Of a stretch of 64,000 nt of DNA, positions 60,620 to 64,000 are shown in pieces; the stretch's first letter is position 1; every line of letters starts with the position of its first letter. A program made the translations under genes and the position numbers. The DNA comes from Auanema rhodensis (Eukaryota; Animalia; Nematoda): contig OZ059898.1 of the NCBI GenBank assembly GCA_964057225.1, positions 9,362,001-9,426,000 on the forward strand. The letters run 5' to 3'. The notes under the pieces were generated by a model. The model was not told the origin of the DNA. It saw only the letters and a program-made list of their open reading frames with translations, and did no database searches.

Positions 60620-63106
60620 ATTACTCGATCCATCAATCAGCTCTATCCACTAGAAATAAGATGCAACACTAGCAACAACAAAATTATAGAAGACAACTCA
60701 CACATAGTCCAAGAAAATAATAGCTCAACAGATAGAATACCACATACTGATACCGTATTAGACAACATACACTCCGATCATCCTATAGAACATACAGATG
60801 AAACAATACATGAGAACAATAACATAAATGATAGCAACCATAATTACGATATTGCATATGAATCAGATAACTCTCAACATGATAATACATACACTCCAGA
60901 AACAGAGAATAATGAGGATGCAACAAACGATCGACCTCAAAATAAAACAAAACAATCATCAGTGAAAACAGCAAAATATACAGAACAAGATGAGGTCACT
61001 GAGAAGGAAAATATAAAAGCCTTTCCACTAAAAATATCCTATGCCACACACCAAAGAAAAAATAAAATAAACCCAAAAATAGCAGCTGACATAATGAAAG
61101 CCCTTTCATTACCGATTATAATTACTTCGACGTATGCCGAAGAAATCAATAGTTGCAAGGACTCTAACATGTTCACCACAAAACTTATAGCGAATCCTCA
61201 TTGCTCCCCAGAAATGGCAACATGGACAGTGATAATAACCATTATGGCAGTTACCCTCATAGTCTCTTGTCTATGCCGCATGGGTTACAGCCAATATAGA
61301 TATAAGACATGGTCCAGAAACACTCAAACCATGCTCAACATCATGAAATTAAAACATAAAACAATCTCCGAGCAAGAAGATCATGAAACTGATCAAAAAA
61401 TAACAGAAGACCACAATGATACGTTGCAATTAAAACAAACGAACACACAAGACGCTAATATTGTGGATCATGAAACCTTTCAAAAGCATATTTACCCTAT
61501 TTTAAACCATACGAGAAAGCCACCAAAATTCTCTCTCTTTACTAGAGGGTCGCAAACATCTTTACCATCGTTACTGGCAATCATCTTGGCTTTATGTATT
61601 GGAAGCTGCAGTTCATGTTCCGATGTTCATGTTCAACACTTCGTTAACATACGATGCGATGACAACTTAGCTTGTTATCACGAATACAGTCAAGATATCA
61701 TATTTTCTCCCGGAACAAAACAATTATGCATTACCATAACGCATTCTAATCATGAAATTGGTCAATTTAAAATAACTAAACTATATACTGAACATGTCTG
61801 CCAGAAGAATACTAGATACTTCACTAGACAGACAACCGTCAACATATTGAGCATATTACGATGCCGTCACCGGGGCTCGTGTGACGGAACATGTGAAACT
61901 AACTCGCTTCATAATAAAATCGAGGAACTACAACCATACACGTTCCCTTCACAATCAGGTTGCTTCACATCGTCAGCGAGATTTTACACATGTCCTATGA
62001 TTTGGACAGATCCGTGTCTTTTCTACAAAATAGAGCATATACCCGTCACGGAGGAAGTATACGAAGTCTATACTTGTGATAGTTGGTCCACCCAAACCGT
62101 ATTTAATATAGAAACAACATTACTCCAGCAGAAAAATAATTACAATATCACTCTACAACCTTACACGAAAAATCGTGAACAACTTTTCAATATAACAATG
62201 TTATCACAATCACAACCTCCTCCAGAAATGTACACAAAATTATTTTTTTCCTCCAAAGAAAACACGTACATTACGGATATACACACAAAGGGAATAATTC
62301 AATGTGCAACAGAGGAAGCCGCATTAAAATATTTTAATAACTGTACAGTATCCTCATTCTGCTCTTGCACATTCAATAGATTTGATGAAATAAAATGTAG
62401 GTGTGATACCCCTACTTTTGAAAAAATGTCCAATACATCAGACGTAAAATCTCCTAACCAAAACTTTAAAACTAAAGATAACACGTTATCATTCTCTACG
62501 AATTTAGACGAAAATTTAGTTACGGTCGATTCATCCCTATTCTTAAACTCAGTGATTTTCTCCAACAATTTGCCTTGCGCACCTGCCCTGACAAAACTAT
62601 CAGGTTGCTACTCCTGCGGGCAGGGTGCATTCGCAGAATTCCAATGCCTTACGGCAGAAGAAACATGGATTTCTATCGAATGTCAAAAAGAAGTATTCAT
62701 GATAAAATGCTCTCCAAAAGTAGCAATCACAAAAGTAACAATGAAAAGAGAAAATTCTCAGATTGATGAATTATGCTATACCACATGCGACAATAAAAAA
62801 ATTAAGATCATTATTAAAGGAATATTACATCACATAGCAAGCATAGATGAAATAAACGAAAGTGACTCAAGTAAGGGTACGGAATCCAAATCCATTGACT
62901 TCGCTCCAATCTTCAAGTTAATTTTATCAAAGTTGGGAATCATATTGATAGGCGTTGCAATAACCGCCACCATAGGATATGTGGCATGCACACCCATCAT
63001 GTACTGTGTAGTTTTGAATACAGTCTTAACCACACAATGGATAGCTACCAGGATATTCACACTGTGGATAAAATCAAAAGCCTTATTTCGGGATCAAAGA
63101 TTTTAA
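60620..63106 (+). CDS. Pol C-terminal tail fused in frame to a phlebovirus Gc-like class II fusion glycoprotein (env)
   Basis: Frame open from 60620. Internal signal LLAIILALCIGSCSS|CSD; Cys pattern RCRHRGSC..C, CLFY, LSGCYSC.QGA; C-terminal TM. Confidence 0.85.
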   Translation: MTRSINQLYPLEIRCNTSNNKIIEDNSHIVQENNSSTDRIPHTDTVLDNIHSDHPIEHTDETIHENNNINDSNHNYDIAYESDNSQHDNTYTPETENNEDATNDRPQNKTKQSSVKTAKYTEQDEVTEKENIKAFPLKISYATHQRKNKINPKIAADIMKALSLPIIITSTYAEEINSCKDSNMFTTKLIANPHCSPEMATWTVIITIMAVTLIVSCLCRMGYSQYRYKTWSRNTQTMLNIMKLKHKTISEQEDHETDQKITEDHNDTLQLKQTNTQDANIVDHETFQKHIYPILNHTRKPPKFSLFTRGSQTSLPSLLAIILALCIGSCSSCSDVHVQHFVNIRCDDNLACYHEYSQDIIFSPGTKQLCITITHSNHEIGQFKITKLYTEHVCQKNTRYFTRQTTVNILSILRCRHRGSCDGTCETNSLHNKIEELQPYTFPSQSGCFTSSARFYTCPMIWTDPCLFYKIEHIPVTEEVYEVYTCDSWSTQTVFNIETTLLQQKNNYNITLQPYTKNREQLFNITMLSQSQPPPEMYTKLFFSSKENTYITDIHTKGIIQCATEEAALKYFNNCTVSSFCSCTFNRFDEIKCRCDTPTFEKMSNTSDVKSPNQNFKTKDNTLSFSTNLDENLVTVDSSLFLNSVIFSNNLPCAPALTKLSGCYSCGQGAFAEFQCLTAEETWISIECQKEVFMIKCSPKVAITKVTMKRENSQIDELCYTTCDNKKIKIIIKGILHHIASIDEINESDSSKGTESKSIDFAPIFKLILSKLGIILIGVAITATIGYVACTPIMYCVVLNTVLTTQWIATRIFTLWIKSKALFRDQRF

Positions 63107-63402
63107 AAGCATAAGAGAAGAATTTTTTGTGGATATAAAATTTAAAATTAAAAATTGAAATAGTAATGAAACAAAAGAAAAAGATAGCATTATGTGCGAA
63201 TATAACCATTGTAATAAAACAATATCATTGTTTTTCTTTCTTTTCAATTTATGGTAGTATCAAGTTTCTTTTATCCAACTCAGTTACATAACACATAACC
63301 TTTTGTACAGGCTCTAAAATTCATTGTATCTGTAACAAGATAACCTAAACACACTATTGTACAATGAACTAATAGATGTTAATCAGCGTTTAAAGTCCAG
63401 AT

Positions 63403-63915
63403 GTGAACATGTATATAAGGATGCAGCTCATGTCTTTCCTATATTCCATGAAAATGGAAGATATTGTCTCGAATATAATTGAGAATGCTTCCTTTGAGGA
63501 AGAGCTCAAAAAAAAATCCCATCTACCTAACACTGCTGCCAATCTGAGGCTACTAATTGTGCTTGAAAAGAGGCTCTACGAGCACCTAGCTAGCGCGGTG
63601 AACCATCTATCCGAACGACTGGACAATATTCAACATTCGTTAAATCTGAAACTAGACAATTTAGCCATTCAGACTGCTCCTAAAGCTTCATGTGTATTCT
63701 GCAATAAACCGACAGCTGATGGGCACCGTACTGCGGCCTGTCCGATTTATCCTTCCTCACCGGAACGCACTCTCTGTCTTCATGAACTGGGGTTATGCAT
63801 CAGATGTTGTAATCAAAAACATCCAGCGATATGCGAGGTATCCTGCTATAGATGTAAGGCGGATACGCATCATGGAGTGGTTTGTGGAGATATAAAACGT
63901 AAAAGACCTTCGTAG
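63403..63915 (+). CDS. Accessory ORF with a helical region and three BEL/Pao Gag-type zinc knuckles (start uncertain)
   Basis: CVFC..H..C / CIRC..H..C / CYRC..HH..C. Confidence 0.7.
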   Translation: MNMYIRMQLMSFLYSMKMEDIVSNIIENASFEEELKKKSHLPNTAANLRLLIVLEKRLYEHLASAVNHLSERLDNIQHSLNLKLDNLAIQTAPKASCVFCNKPTADGHRTAACPIYPSSPERTLCLHELGLCIRCCNQKHPAICEVSCYRCKADTHHGVVCGDIKRKRPS

Positions 63916-63945
63916 GCCTTCTTCTCATTCCCGTATTGCCGGGAG

Positions 63946-64000
63946 TGTCGCGATAAGCGAGTGAGTTTGTATAATTTTTATCTTCAACAATTGTTTTATT
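63946..64000 (+). repeat. Probable start of the 3' LTR
   Basis: TGTCGCG directly after a purine-rich GGGAG tract; no second copy in the window. Confidence 0.55.

Larger units (their letters stand above)
60620..64000 (+). mobile_element. 3' half of a BEL/Pao LTR retrotransposon with env (5' LTR, gag and RT absent here)
   Basis: ITRSINQLYPLEI (Pao integrase C-terminal motif) at 60620, an in-frame env, a 3' zinc-knuckle ORF, and GCCGGGAG followed by TGT at 63946 as the likely 3' LTR start. Confidence 0.85.

Overview
AT-rich nematode-type genomic DNA in two halves. Bases 1-~31,000 are gene-dense host DNA with ~40-50 nt introns: 3' end of an SLC49/MFS transporter, an ACOT8/TesB thioesterase whose first intron holds a 374-bp satellite, DSCC1, a USP16/45-like deubiquitinase, a FATP acyl-CoA synthetase, WDFY3/ALFY and a nematode-type tandem-module cystathionine beta-synthase. 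Bases ~31,000-64,000 are a nested island of mobile elements dominated by Maverick/Polinton virus-like transposons. A Maverick end (Z, 31656) is followed by a mariner whose transposase is cut by Maverick A (32848). A's integrase gene was hit twice, 77 bp apart. The first hit is Maverick B (35624-49131; 59-bp perfect TIRs, AACACA 6-bp TSD, all core ORFs open). The second is an inverted, decayed Maverick C (49209-60605), joined to the 3' half of a BEL/Pao LTR retrotransposon with a phlebovirus-like class II fusogen and a 3' zinc-knuckle ORF. Manual splicing gives B a 14-exon, ~1369-aa pPolB while its virion genes are intronless. It also reveals a 3-exon terminal accessory gene in A and C with a D-box, CDK sites and a Cys/His cluster, which looks like a cell-cycle-coupled early protein. 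All gene models were read by eye and no database search was run.
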